A stretch of DNA of 64,000 nucleotides from Verrucomicrobiales bacterium. Its GTDB lineage: Bacteria > Verrucomicrobiota > Verrucomicrobiia > Verrucomicrobiales > SLCJ01. The stretch is taken from contig JBJTQJ010000025.1 of NCBI GenBank assembly GCA_046075565.1, forward strand, positions 73,326 to 137,325, given 5' to 3'. Below are positions 53,708 to 63,259 of the stretch, piece after piece. The notes beneath the pieces were generated by a model. That model was not told the DNA's origin and made no database searches. It saw nothing but the letters and a program-made list of their open reading frames with translations. Position numbers and translations under genes: made by a program. The first letter of the stretch is position 1. Each line of letters opens with the position of its first letter.

Positions 53708-55234
53708 TCATGGGACGACCTTGCCGGTGATCACGAGGTTCCGTTTGGGGATCGTGAAGATAAAGGCCACCACGGAAGAGGCGGTCATCCGCGCTTTGGA
53801 ATCATATCCAGCGTTGTCGCGATTCGGTTGATAATAAAAAGTCCCGTCGTTGCACTGCGCCATGGTGAACCACCAGCGGTTGGCATCCATCAGCTTCCGG
53901 AAGTTCTGAGCCTCGGTATTCGCACCGAGCGCCTCGTAAGCCATGCCCATTGGGGGTGATCCGTGGGTATCTGGAAAACTTTGCGGATGTTTTCCGATGA
54001 TGTCCGAGTATTGCCGGGCTTGTTGGCGATAGTCGCCATCGGGATACGGGCTAACAAAGCAGGCGATACCGGCGGCACCTGTCCGGCCCATGTCGGCCCA
54101 GTCGTCCGGTCCGCCGCCGCGGGAATCGCCATACCAGAGATATCCATTCTCGCCGGTTCCCCTTTTGAGAAAAGCATAAGCCGCGTCATGACGGGCGCGG
54201 TCGATCTTGATGCCACACCGATGCATGAGGGAATAGGCAAGCGCGCCCTGGGCGGTGATCATGGCAATCGGACCATAACCCTCGAATCCGGGATTGTGTC
54301 CCCATCCTCCATGGGATTGCTTGGGCCCCTTGGGATAGTCATCAGGATGTGATTCTTTGACCTTCGGATCAATTTGGGACATGTCGAGATACTGCCCCTG
54401 CTCCATCAGGCTCCGGATATTCTCCAGCTCCGGCAATACCCAGGACTTCCTGGTGATCAAATAGTATTCGCTCAGCACGATGGCCGCGCCCATGTGGGTC
54501 CAGTTCATCAGGCCATACTTTCTGTCTTCCGGCCCCGTTTCACGGATGCTCTCGCAAAGATGGCGCAGGTTTCTTTCCACATCCGACAGGTATTTCTTTT
54601 CGCCGCATCCGAGCAGGGCGAGCGAAGCGAACGTATTGTGTACCGGATCGCCAAATGAGCCGCTCTCTTCCTGTTGTTTGGCGATGTAAGTGAGCAACTC
54701 CTTCAGGATGGCATCCGACTTCGGACAATTGGCCGGGTAGGTGGCGGCATAGCTGCCATACTTTTTCCCGATATCTAGCTCAACTTCGATCATTTCCCCG
54801 CCTCGTTTCACCATGAGCGGGAGTTTGCCCGTGCCGGACTTCCCTTGGCAGGCCTCCAATGCTTCGGCCAGTTCCAGCACCGGGCCGTCCGCACCAAAGA
54901 CCTCCATGCCATACCCATTGCGGTGTGGATGCTGGAACTTCTTGCCGTTGGCTCCGATGATAAAGTCGTCGATTTTGATCGGGTTCCTCGCCGGTGTCCT
55001 CGGCAGCACGTATTTCACCAGCAAGGCTTTGGGTTCGTCCTCCACCAATCTGGCCCGGATGCCGGTGAGGCCGAGATTGTAGAACCAGCCGGGAACCTCG
55101 GCGTCTGGCCCCGAATCGGCACGCTGGTTCCATGGTTGATCGCCATCATAAGCGACCTGCGCGACCAGTGGCCGGAGGCCGGTGGCCAGGAATGCCACGG
55201 AAACAAGGGATGAAACTAGAATGGTGGTCTTCAT
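53708..55234 (-). CDS. Exported DUF6288-like protein (PDZ-like plus alpha/alpha-barrel-like)
   Basis: Signal peptide from ATG 55234; NLGLTGIR, V...TPA...I..DD.I.GANG PDZ-like segment; Q...GSF and GGWGH repeats. Confidence 0.7.
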   Translation of the reverse strand: MKTTILVSSLVSVAFLATGLRPLVAQVAYDGDQPWNQRADSGPDAEVPGWFYNLGLTGIRARLVEDEPKALLVKYVLPRTPARNPIKIDDFIIGANGKKFQHPHRNGYGMEVFGADGPVLELAEALEACQGKSGTGKLPLMVKRGGEMIEVELDIGKKYGSYAATYPANCPKSDAILKELLTYIAKQQEESGSFGDPVHNTFASLALLGCGEKKYLSDVERNLRHLCESIRETGPEDRKYGLMNWTHMGAAIVLSEYYLITRKSWVLPELENIRSLMEQGQYLDMSQIDPKVKESHPDDYPKGPKQSHGGWGHNPGFEGYGPIAMITAQGALAYSLMHRCGIKIDRARHDAAYAFLKRGTGENGYLWYGDSRGGGPDDWADMGRTGAAGIACFVSPYPDGDYRQQARQYSDIIGKHPQSFPDTHGSPPMGMAYEALGANTEAQNFRKLMDANRWWFTMAQCNDGTFYYQPNRDNAGYDSKARMTASSVVAFIFTIPKRNLVITGKVVP

Positions 55235-55446
55235 GGAATGCGGATTGTTCGGAGATCTGGTCGACATGACCGTTGCCACCAAAACTTGACCGTATATCCG
55301 AGATATCCACAAGTTATATTGGGGACCGCGTTTGGCCAGATAAAGCCCAACTTTGTTGGATTCTGTATGGTCATTCCCCATGGCTTTCCTGCGGTGGGGC
55401 GAAGCAAGTTTGTCACCGTCATAGGTCCTGCTTTGACCATCTTGTG

Positions 55447-55475
55447 TTGACATTGTAATGTCCCAATGTCATAAG
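55447..55475 (+). promoter_or_regulatory. Promoter with palindromic operator upstream of the pseudopilin cassette
   Basis: TTGACA (55447-55452) overlapped by perfect TGACATTG-N8-CAATGTCA (55448-55471); CATAAG at the -10 position. Confidence 0.6.
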
Positions 55476-55487
55476 CGACCTTAATAA

Positions 55488-56180
55488 ATGAAGGGCCACC
55501 CACCCAATTCCCATCTATCCGGAGGCTTCTCCCTTGTGGAGTTGCTTATCGTGATGGCAATTGCCGGGGCATTGCTTGTTCTGGCGGCCTCGAGCGGCGA
55601 CGGTTGGGGCGAGCAAGCAGCGCAGCGCGGGGCCATCAGCCAAGTGGCTTCTGCGTTGGATCGCGCGCGCGCGCATGCTATCGCGAATGACGGATATGCT
55701 GCCTTCGTGGTGGCCGGTCCGGAGGCGCAGGAGAAGGCCTGGCGCCAGGTGGCGGTGGTAGCGGTGCGCGAGTTGCCGGCAGGCGGGGATTTTCCTTATG
55801 AATTGGCCGACGCCAGCGACACGCCGGGTGTGGAAGCTCCGGCGGATCCGATTGATTTGGTGATGCCGTGGATGGATTTGCCCAAGGGATTGATTCTATT
55901 CGGCAGGGCTCACGGCGCTCCCGTGGAATCAATGGTCGACGACACGGCAGCGTTGAAAGTGCCGACGCTCAAGAATGGTCCACTCACCGGCTGCAAGGTG
56001 ATCGTCTTCAATGGGCAGGGAGCGGTTGTTTATCCGACGCAGAAGAGCCGCCGCGTCGCCCGTGTCGCACCCGGCGAGGGCGACGGCACTGCCACGAAAA
56101 TTCTCCAACCCGACCGCGCCGAGGCGATGCCGGCTGCGTTTGTGGAACGCTTCACCGGCCGCATCCGGCTGGTGAAATAA
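55488..56180 (+). CDS. Prepilin-type protein (GspH/FimT-like; Verru_Chthon D-like)
   Basis: G|FSLVELL class III signal; L..AR..AI; F...G; ..FTGR. Confidence 0.88.
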   Translation: MKGHPPNSHLSGGFSLVELLIVMAIAGALLVLAASSGDGWGEQAAQRGAISQVASALDRARAHAIANDGYAAFVVAGPEAQEKAWRQVAVVAVRELPAGGDFPYELADASDTPGVEAPADPIDLVMPWMDLPKGLILFGRAHGAPVESMVDDTAALKVPTLKNGPLTGCKVIVFNGQGAVVYPTQKSRRVARVAPGEGDGTATKILQPDRAEAMPAAFVERFTGRIRLVK

Positions 56181-56193
56181 ACCAACTCTCCGC

Positions 56194-56787
56194 ATGTCCG
56201 TTTTACCTCCATCGCATGTCCGCAGCGTCAGAAAATCCCCCAGGCGGGGATTCACGCTCATCGAGGTATCGCTGGCGGTGGCGATCTTTGCGACCGTCCT
56301 TTTGGGGATGCTTGCCCTTCTGGCCAATGGCGTTTCCACACGCGCCCAAGTGCGGCGAGACACCATCGGCGTTCATCTCTGCCAGCAAATCCATCAGGCA
56401 CTGCGCGGCTACCGCAAAGGCATCGACGATATCCAACCGGCGGCCCCGGGAGGAATTCCCGGTTTGTTGGACGAATTTTTGCCCTTTGATTTCGCGCAAT
56501 TTCCAGGAGCGGGAAAACCCGCCTTCGTGCTCGGATTTGATTCCGAAGGCAAACCCCGCGGCAAGAATCTTTCCGGCGATTACCAAAGCGGGACACTGCA
56601 GGATGGCGTGCGCTACCTTGCCACCATCGAGGGGAAACCCGTGGTCGGGAAAACGGGTCTAACGGAAGTGTTGGTCGGCATCGAGTTCCCAGCCGGGGAA
56701 TCGAAAAAGGGACGCAAACGCCAGGAATTCCGCGTGCTCATGACCCCACGCGCGGTCGAGGCGACCAAACCGGGAGGCACGCCATGA
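56194..56787 (+). CDS. Prepilin-type protein (GspI/PilV-like; Verru_Chthon B-like)
   Basis: RRG|FTLIEV.LA.AI; FD.EG; V.IEFP. Confidence 0.88.
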   Translation: MSVLPPSHVRSVRKSPRRGFTLIEVSLAVAIFATVLLGMLALLANGVSTRAQVRRDTIGVHLCQQIHQALRGYRKGIDDIQPAAPGGIPGLLDEFLPFDFAQFPGAGKPAFVLGFDSEGKPRGKNLSGDYQSGTLQDGVRYLATIEGKPVVGKTGLTEVLVGIEFPAGESKKGRKRQEFRVLMTPRAVEATKPGGTP

Positions 56788-57548
56788 GGACATTCGTCCA
56801 ACGAGCCGCCGCATCGGGCATGACCTTGCTTGAAGTGCTAGTCGCGGTCTCGATCAGCTCCATTCTCATCCTCGCGCTGGCGACGATTCTTGGGAACACG
56901 GGCGGAATTTACGCCGACACCGAACGAACGGTCGAGACCTTGCGCGACGGGCGCGCCGCTCTTGGCATCCTGCGTGATGACATGGCCGGCTTCATGGGCA
57001 CCGAGCAAGGACTGCCCGTCGTTTACGAGCGCAACGATGCAAGCTTCTCAACCCGGTGGGGGTTCTTCACCTCGCGCTCCGCGCGCGCGCAAGAAACCGG
57101 GCGGAATCCCGGTGACGTGTGTTTTGTCTGGTATTACACGGCCATTACCACGGAAAGCAACGGCCGCACTTCGCGGAAACTTTTCCGAAAATTCATCAGC
57201 AGCGCCGATGCGATTTCCTATCTCGGCAAACCGACCCCACCGCAACTCACGCCGGATCCTGAAAACGACGACGCCATCGCTTTCAACGTGCTGGATTTCC
57301 GGTGCGACTACCGCCGACGCGGGACGAATGGCCAATGGGTGGTGGCCAAGACGGCGGAGGAAATCCGGCAAGCGGGAGAGGTGACCGTGGTCCTTCGCGT
57401 GCTCACCAACGAAGCCGCCGGATCGCTGGAAGAGGCTGCCGACTGGTCGCCCGGTGGCAATACCGGGGAAGGATTTGATTTTGACGAGGACGAGGATGAC
57501 GACGCCTCCGCCAGTAGTTTCCGCGCCCGTTACCTGCTCGAACGATGA
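56784..57548 (+). CDS. Prepilin-type protein (GspJ/PilW-like; Verru_Chthon C-like)
   Basis: G|MTLLEVLVA; R.AL..L..D; GDVCFV.YY; IA.NV. Confidence 0.88.
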   Translation: MRTFVQRAAASGMTLLEVLVAVSISSILILALATILGNTGGIYADTERTVETLRDGRAALGILRDDMAGFMGTEQGLPVVYERNDASFSTRWGFFTSRSARAQETGRNPGDVCFVWYYTAITTESNGRTSRKLFRKFISSADAISYLGKPTPPQLTPDPENDDAIAFNVLDFRCDYRRRGTNGQWVVAKTAEEIRQAGEVTVVLRVLTNEAAGSLEEAADWSPGGNTGEGFDFDEDEDDDASASSFRARYLLER

Positions 57549-60502
57549 AAACCCACCGCCCGAATTTTCCACCGCGCGTCACCAGACCGGGCCGAGCTTT
57601 CGCCTTGGTCTCCACCATGCTCGTGCTCTCGGCGATTTCGATCCTCTGTGTCGCCCTCTTCACCCTCATGCGTTACGAGGTGGCGACGGTGGGTGCGCAC
57701 GAACGTCAGTTCCGGGCCGAACTCGGGATCGAAAGCGGGCTCAATGCCGCCGTGCAGTCTCTGGCCGCCGCCACCGCCGATGATCTGAGTGTAATCCACG
57801 CGAAAAAAACAAGTGACGGGACGCCGGTGCTGCTCGCCTCACGCCACGACACCTCCGGAATGTGGAAAACCCAGCCGTTGGTTTCGGGCACATGGCGACC
57901 GGCCGATACCGGAGATCTTTCTAAGATCGAGACTCCGCCCGCAGGTTCGGCGCCGGTCCGCCTGCCCGGCGGACTCGGCGTGAATGGATTGGCGCGCGTG
58001 AATTGGGAGGCGATGCCTGCGGTGCCCGGTTCGCCTATCACGGTGCGTTATGCCTATTGGGTCGAGGACATGCAAAGCCGCGTGGATGCGGAAACAGCCG
58101 GCAACGAGGAAGGCACAAGCCAAGCCCACCGCCGTTCCGGTCCGACCGACGTCGGTGCTGCCCCCGGCCTCGGACGTGTGCCGAACACACCAGCCCCCGT
58201 CGAAAAAGCCCTGCGCGACCTGGCGCTTTATGCCCTTGACCCGGATAGCACGGCCCTTGATGGCGGCACCTTGGATAATCACGTGATCAAGAACCGCTTC
58301 GCCCCGACACTCGGCACGTTGGTGGCGTTGCGCGGCGGGACCGGGCAGAGGAATCCCACCACCGGCAAACCTCTCGACCCTCGCGACGCCGCCCTTGAGG
58401 AAAGCGTGGTTGTCGGATTGCAGCCTTACGACGAAGCCGCCCTGATTCCCTACGCGACCGACACCACGGGCAAACGGCTGTTCGCCAAAGCCGGACAACC
58501 GATGATGGATTTGAATGATCCCAACCTCGTGTCGGACCCTGCGCGGTTCATCGACAATTTCGCCAACACCATCCGGGACAATCTGCCCGACTTCGAGCGT
58601 CTGCGCAAAGGCGGCTTCCCGGAAAACTATCTCGAAACCCTCGGTGCTTCCGCTCGCGATTACGCAGACCTCGATAGCGGACCCAATATCGCCGCGGGCC
58701 GTTACCGTGGTCAGGAGGCCTATCCAAGTGTCAGCGAGATGTATTACCGGTTCCGATGGGAAAACATCGAACGCCGGGACGGCCGGGTTTACGCGTTTTT
58801 CACCATCACGCCGTATGTCGAATTGTGGAATCCGACCAATGTGGACATCCAAGGGTCCTTCCAGCTTTCTCTCGAAGCCAATTACGTGCTCAACATTGGA
58901 TTCAACCAATACAGTTTCACCGGCGGAGCCATCCCCGGAGCGGGCGACGCCGCGATCTGCACGCCGCTGCCGGCGCGGCGCGACGGTGATTTCTGGTGCC
59001 CCGTGGTTGATATCTCAAGCTCCGCGAACATCCTTCCGCGCAGCGGAACCCGGCCATCGGGAGCTCTCCGACCGAATGAATACCGGATGTATGAGTTGCA
59101 GCAATTCACTTTCCGCTTCGATGGCGGGCCGGCCAGCGTGGTGATCCCTTCTCCTCTCGCCATGAACGAGGACAACACCAGCGGTTACCGTTTCATGTTC
59201 AACGGACAAGAGGTCGATCGTAGCGCCGGGCCGGTGCGTCGTCTCAACATGAGCCTCTATTATCCGAACGACGCCGCCACCAACTCGCGCCAGCAATACC
59301 GCGGCACGTTGCCCGGCCACAGCTACCGGCCCGCGGGCTTCGTGAACAATATGGGCGACTCGCGTATGGCCTATTACATCCCCGCGCCGCAGGATCCCAG
59401 TGCCTATCCCGACAATGCCAGCCCGGGTCGCCGCAACGTCCGTTGGGAAATCTTCCGCTCGAACGCGAACCGTATTTTCGGACGAGTGAAACCCTCGGAG
59501 TGGCCGGATGGCGGCCATGACGCTCTCATGGGCACTCCCGTGAGTGTCCCGAGCGATCGCCGGATCAACATGGATGATACGCGGTTCTATGCCGGAGCGC
59601 CGCCCGTCGAACCCGAGAAGGCCCCGCAGCGTCTTAGTAATCGAGGGTACTTTGTGAGCGCCACCGAACTGGGCCACATCTATGATCCGGTGATGTGGGA
59701 TCAGGGAATGGATAGCGACGTCACCAGCACCTCCTTGCTGCACGACATTGCCACTTCGGCCAGAGCCAGTGCGAACCACGGTGGTGGCAATACGCTCCGC
59801 ATAGGACGCGTCGAACACCGGCAGTTCGATGTGGCTGGAGCGCGCGCCTCCCATCTCATGGATCTTTTCCAGGCCGGGCAAACCCTGCAGGGCGTGAAAG
59901 CAGGATTCCGGCGCATCGAAGGACACGTGAACCTCAACACCGCCACCCGTGACACACTGCGTGCTCTCGCCGCCGGACCATTGTTGCAGGACCCGTTGAC
60001 CAACGACGTGAGCCGCGAGGATTCAGCCAGCGGCGACAAGCAGACCCAAGCCCGTGTTTTTTCCGCGCCCACCACCACACGTGAAGCCGACCTTTTCGCC
60101 GACGCCGTCATCGCGCATCGCGAGGCGAATGGGCCGTTCCAATCCCTCGGCGAGTTCGCGCGACTGCGTCGATCTGATGGCACGTCTTTTTTCGGAAATC
60201 TCGCCAACTACAACACGCGGCGCGCCCAACTCACCTCGGGCACATGGACGATGGGCTCGGAATGGTCGGATCCCGCCGCGGAAGAACTTTACGCCCGCGT
60301 GGCCAATGGATCGACGGTGCGTTCGCGCAATTTCCGCGTGCACGTAACCGCCGAGGTGGTCTCCACCAACGGAGGCCGCGTACTGGCACGGCGTTCCCGT
60401 TTCTTCCAAGTCTTCATGCAACCCGGCGAACGCTCGACCGCGGCCAGCCCCATGCCCGCCGGATTCCCGCGCGCGGTGCTCGTCCATTCCAGCGAACCTT
60501 AA
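57545..60502 (+). CDS. Large GspK/PilX-like pseudopilin (Verru_Chthon A-like)
   Basis: A|FALV without Glu5; RYAYWVED; VELWNP; VNLNTA; GPF.S.GEF; TVRS.NFRV. Confidence 0.85.
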   Translation: MKTHRPNFPPRVTRPGRAFALVSTMLVLSAISILCVALFTLMRYEVATVGAHERQFRAELGIESGLNAAVQSLAAATADDLSVIHAKKTSDGTPVLLASRHDTSGMWKTQPLVSGTWRPADTGDLSKIETPPAGSAPVRLPGGLGVNGLARVNWEAMPAVPGSPITVRYAYWVEDMQSRVDAETAGNEEGTSQAHRRSGPTDVGAAPGLGRVPNTPAPVEKALRDLALYALDPDSTALDGGTLDNHVIKNRFAPTLGTLVALRGGTGQRNPTTGKPLDPRDAALEESVVVGLQPYDEAALIPYATDTTGKRLFAKAGQPMMDLNDPNLVSDPARFIDNFANTIRDNLPDFERLRKGGFPENYLETLGASARDYADLDSGPNIAAGRYRGQEAYPSVSEMYYRFRWENIERRDGRVYAFFTITPYVELWNPTNVDIQGSFQLSLEANYVLNIGFNQYSFTGGAIPGAGDAAICTPLPARRDGDFWCPVVDISSSANILPRSGTRPSGALRPNEYRMYELQQFTFRFDGGPASVVIPSPLAMNEDNTSGYRFMFNGQEVDRSAGPVRRLNMSLYYPNDAATNSRQQYRGTLPGHSYRPAGFVNNMGDSRMAYYIPAPQDPSAYPDNASPGRRNVRWEIFRSNANRIFGRVKPSEWPDGGHDALMGTPVSVPSDRRINMDDTRFYAGAPPVEPEKAPQRLSNRGYFVSATELGHIYDPVMWDQGMDSDVTSTSLLHDIATSARASANHGGGNTLRIGRVEHRQFDVAGARASHLMDLFQAGQTLQGVKAGFRRIEGHVNLNTATRDTLRALAAGPLLQDPLTNDVSREDSASGDKQTQARVFSAPTTTREADLFADAVIAHREANGPFQSLGEFARLRRSDGTSFFGNLANYNTRRAQLTSGTWTMGSEWSDPAAEELYARVANGSTVRSRNFRVHVTAEVVSTNGGRVLARRSRFFQVFMQPGERSTAASPMPAGFPRAVLVHSSEP

Positions 60503-60517
60503 ACTATTTTTTCACCC

Positions 60518-61186
60518 ATGCGGTTCCTTTCTTTCCTCTTCCTCCTCGCCTGCACTGCCATCCTTCAAGCCCAGGAGGGCAAGGGGGTCGGCTTCGTGCG
60601 CTTCGTCAACGCCGTCGGCCTCGAGGGAAATCTTGATATCAAGATGGACGGTTCCTCGGTGCGCGCCAACGGGTTCGCGCCCGGCGATCTAACCGGTGGG
60701 GTAGGCCTCACCGAAGGCAACCACAATTTCAAATTCCTCCACTCCCTATGCAGCGGAGCGGATATGGCATTGAAGGTCGAGCCTCGTGTCACCCGCACCA
60801 TCGTGCTCGTTTACGAGGAAAAGAAGGACAAGGAAGGTGAGGTCAAAGAGCGCTTGCTCAAGGCGCGCGAGTTTCCGGCGCGCGAGAGGGATCGCAAATC
60901 GAGCGTGACTTTGTATTCTTTCAGCACCCAACCCGTGCTCACCATGCGTGGTTTCATCAACAACAAGCCGCCGGGCGTGGATATCGTGCTGAAGACCGGC
61001 GAATCCCAGAACATCGCGCTGCCGGGTTCCGGTGATTTCCTGCTTGGCATGGGGCAGACCAAATTGCTCGCCCTTACGATCGAAGATCCGGGCCACTACG
61101 CCGCCGTTATTTACGATGACCCGGCAAAACCGGGTTCCGTGCGTGTCGTCTATTTCCTCAATGAAATCTTCGAAGTCGGAGGTTGA
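60518..61186 (+). CDS. Exported beta-rich protein (DUF4397-like)
   Basis: Signal peptide, GFVRFVNAV, two beta-sandwich-like halves. Confidence 0.7.
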   Translation: MRFLSFLFLLACTAILQAQEGKGVGFVRFVNAVGLEGNLDIKMDGSSVRANGFAPGDLTGGVGLTEGNHNFKFLHSLCSGADMALKVEPRVTRTIVLVYEEKKDKEGEVKERLLKAREFPARERDRKSSVTLYSFSTQPVLTMRGFINNKPPGVDIVLKTGESQNIALPGSGDFLLGMGQTKLLALTIEDPGHYAAVIYDDPAKPGSVRVVYFLNEIFEVGG

Positions 61187-61207
61187 ATTTTCCCTTCCAT
61201 CACCGCC

Positions 61208-61786
61208 ATGATTCGTCGCCAACTTCTCGCATGGTTTGCCCTGCCATTCTTCGTTTCCGCGCAAGCGGAGCAGCAACCACCCGCGGACAGTCCGTCCGGC
61301 TGGTTGGCCGTCGTGTATTGTGTTCCCGGTGCCGGGGCGGTTCAGGTCACGGTGAGCGAGGGGGTGCAAGCGCAAGCAACCACCGGCCAAATCCTCGGTC
61401 CGGTCGGACTGAAACCTGGAACCATCAACCTGCAGGCGCGCCATGGAGACAAAAACATCAGCAGCCCGGTCGAATTGAAAAAAGATCAGCGTGTGCTCGC
61501 CCTGCTTGTCGTCGATGAAAAGGCCGGTCTGGCCGTGAAGTCGATGGTGCTTCCTTCCTCCGAAGGCAAACGTCTCGCCATTCGTTTGCCTGGCAACGGT
61601 GCCAAGGTTTGGAAAGCGGGGAAAAAGGATCTGCCCGTGGGAGAAGCGGTTGAATTCACGGGGCGTCCGATGATCAAGGATGCCGATGGTGCGGAAGTCG
61701 TGGCCATCGAGGCGGAGGAACCGGGCGTTTATTTACTCGTGCCTTCCGAAGATGAAGGCAAGACGAAAGTGATCTTCCTTCCATGA
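61208..61786 (+). CDS. Exported hypothetical protein, possible paralog of the preceding gene
   Basis: Signal peptide, GWLAVVYCVPG, EEPGVY similar to EDPGHY. Confidence 0.65.
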   Translation: MIRRQLLAWFALPFFVSAQAEQQPPADSPSGWLAVVYCVPGAGAVQVTVSEGVQAQATTGQILGPVGLKPGTINLQARHGDKNISSPVELKKDQRVLALLVVDEKAGLAVKSMVLPSSEGKRLAIRLPGNGAKVWKAGKKDLPVGEAVEFTGRPMIKDADGAEVVAIEAEEPGVYLLVPSEDEGKTKVIFLP

Positions 61787-62458
61787 TCAGAACGTGTGAT
61801 GCTCGCTCTTGGCATCGAGGCGGAACAGGGTTTCAGCCGCGACATTCTTCGCCTGATCACCGACGCGCTCCAGTGACTTCGCAATGATGGCGAGGTTCGC
61901 GTAGGCGGAACCACTGAGCTGGTTTTCCCCGAGACGGACGGCGGCGGTGAACTTTTCCGTGATGTTGCGGCAGAGCTCATCCAGTTCATCATCTCGCCCG
62001 GCGATGGCCGCCGCTGCGACGGCATCCCGATTGGCCATGGCGAGCAGGGCGTCGTTAAAAAGAATGCGCGCCGCGTCGAACAACGGCTCGAGCAGTTTCG
62101 TCTGCGCGGCTTCCTCTTCAAGGGCGAGCAAACGCGCTCTTCGGGCGATAGAGACACATTCGTCGCCGACGCGCTCGAGGCCGGTTGCGAGTTTGATCGC
62201 GCTCACCACCACCCGCAAGTCCGCCGCCACGGGATTGAAGAGCGTGACAATTTCCATGGCCAGACGTCCGACCTCGGCTTCGAGATCATCGATTTCCTCG
62301 TCGGCGGCTACCGACGCGTTGCAGGCATCGATATCGCGGTGGAAGAGTCCCTTTGCCGCCTGGGCCAGTGACTCGCGCCCGAGACCGCCCATGCGCAGCA
62401 GCGCGTCGTCGAGGCGGGTGAGACGTTCTTCAAAGGCGGAGGAGAAATGGGCAGACAT
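61787..62458 (-). CDS. phoU: Phosphate signalling protein PhoU
   Basis: DEEIDDLE, P.A.DLR, LERVGD twice, D.ELD.L. Confidence 0.93.
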   Translation of the reverse strand: MSAHFSSAFEERLTRLDDALLRMGGLGRESLAQAAKGLFHRDIDACNASVAADEEIDDLEAEVGRLAMEIVTLFNPVAADLRVVVSAIKLATGLERVGDECVSIARRARLLALEEEAAQTKLLEPLFDAARILFNDALLAMANRDAVAAAAIAGRDDELDELCRNITEKFTAAVRLGENQLSGSAYANLAIIAKSLERVGDQAKNVAAETLFRLDAKSEHHTF

Positions 62459-62548
62459 CGGGGCAGTAGACACACTACCACCGATCCGCACGCCGGAAAG
62501 TCCGATTGTCTGATCCCGCCTATTAACTGCGGCAGCCCGCACAGCCTT

Positions 62549-63154
62549 TCACTCGCCCTTCTTCTCAACCGGTGGCAGGAGCACCTGCAATTCCCACGTT
62601 GATTTGGCGCGGGGCGTGCGCGGGCCATTGTAACCGAGCAACCGGTAAGTGGGATTCTCGATGCCCTTTTCTTGCAACTTCGCTTCGAGAGCCGTCCTCG
62701 CCTTGAGCAGATTCGGGCCGGAGTCAGGTCCTTGCCACGCGTAGGTCAGCACCTTGGCCGCCGGGACGTCCCGCACCTCAACTTCTTCCCCATCCTTACC
62801 CGCTTTTCCAACCTGCTGGTTCTGGTAGAGGAATGCCATGGTGCCACGATCCATACTCTTGCCTTCGACCTTCATGCCCATCTCGACCGGAGCGGTCATG
62901 GGGATATCGTGTTTCTTGATGTGGCCAAATAGGGTCATGAACTCCGATTTGAGCAGGCGAGGGGGGGTGAAGGCGGCCCGATAGGCGGGCAGTTGTTTTT
63001 CGACCGCCTCATCGTACGGACCGGGGGTGGGCCAGCCTTCCGGCAGCGGGGCCTCGTCCACATACTCCGGCTTCGCCGCCGGTTCGCCGGTGGCTTTGGA
63101 AAGCAAAGCCCAACCACCGATGGCGAGCACGAGGAGAAGGAATGGATTCTTCAT
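62549..63154 (-). CDS. SOUL-family heme-binding protein
   Basis: F..LF.HI....IPMTAPV, MAFLY, LGYNGP...WE. Confidence 0.85.
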   Translation of the reverse strand: MKNPFLLLVLAIGGWALLSKATGEPAAKPEYVDEAPLPEGWPTPGPYDEAVEKQLPAYRAAFTPPRLLKSEFMTLFGHIKKHDIPMTAPVEMGMKVEGKSMDRGTMAFLYQNQQVGKAGKDGEEVEVRDVPAAKVLTYAWQGPDSGPNLLKARTALEAKLQEKGIENPTYRLLGYNGPRTPRAKSTWELQVLLPPVEKKGE

Positions 63155-63259
63155 GATTTCTAAAGAACGCCGCGACCCGGTCTGACGGATGCGGACGATT
63201 CTCCGTCAAAACCAAACATCGTTATTGACATCTGCGGTCCAAATAGGCCTTCTCGCCCC

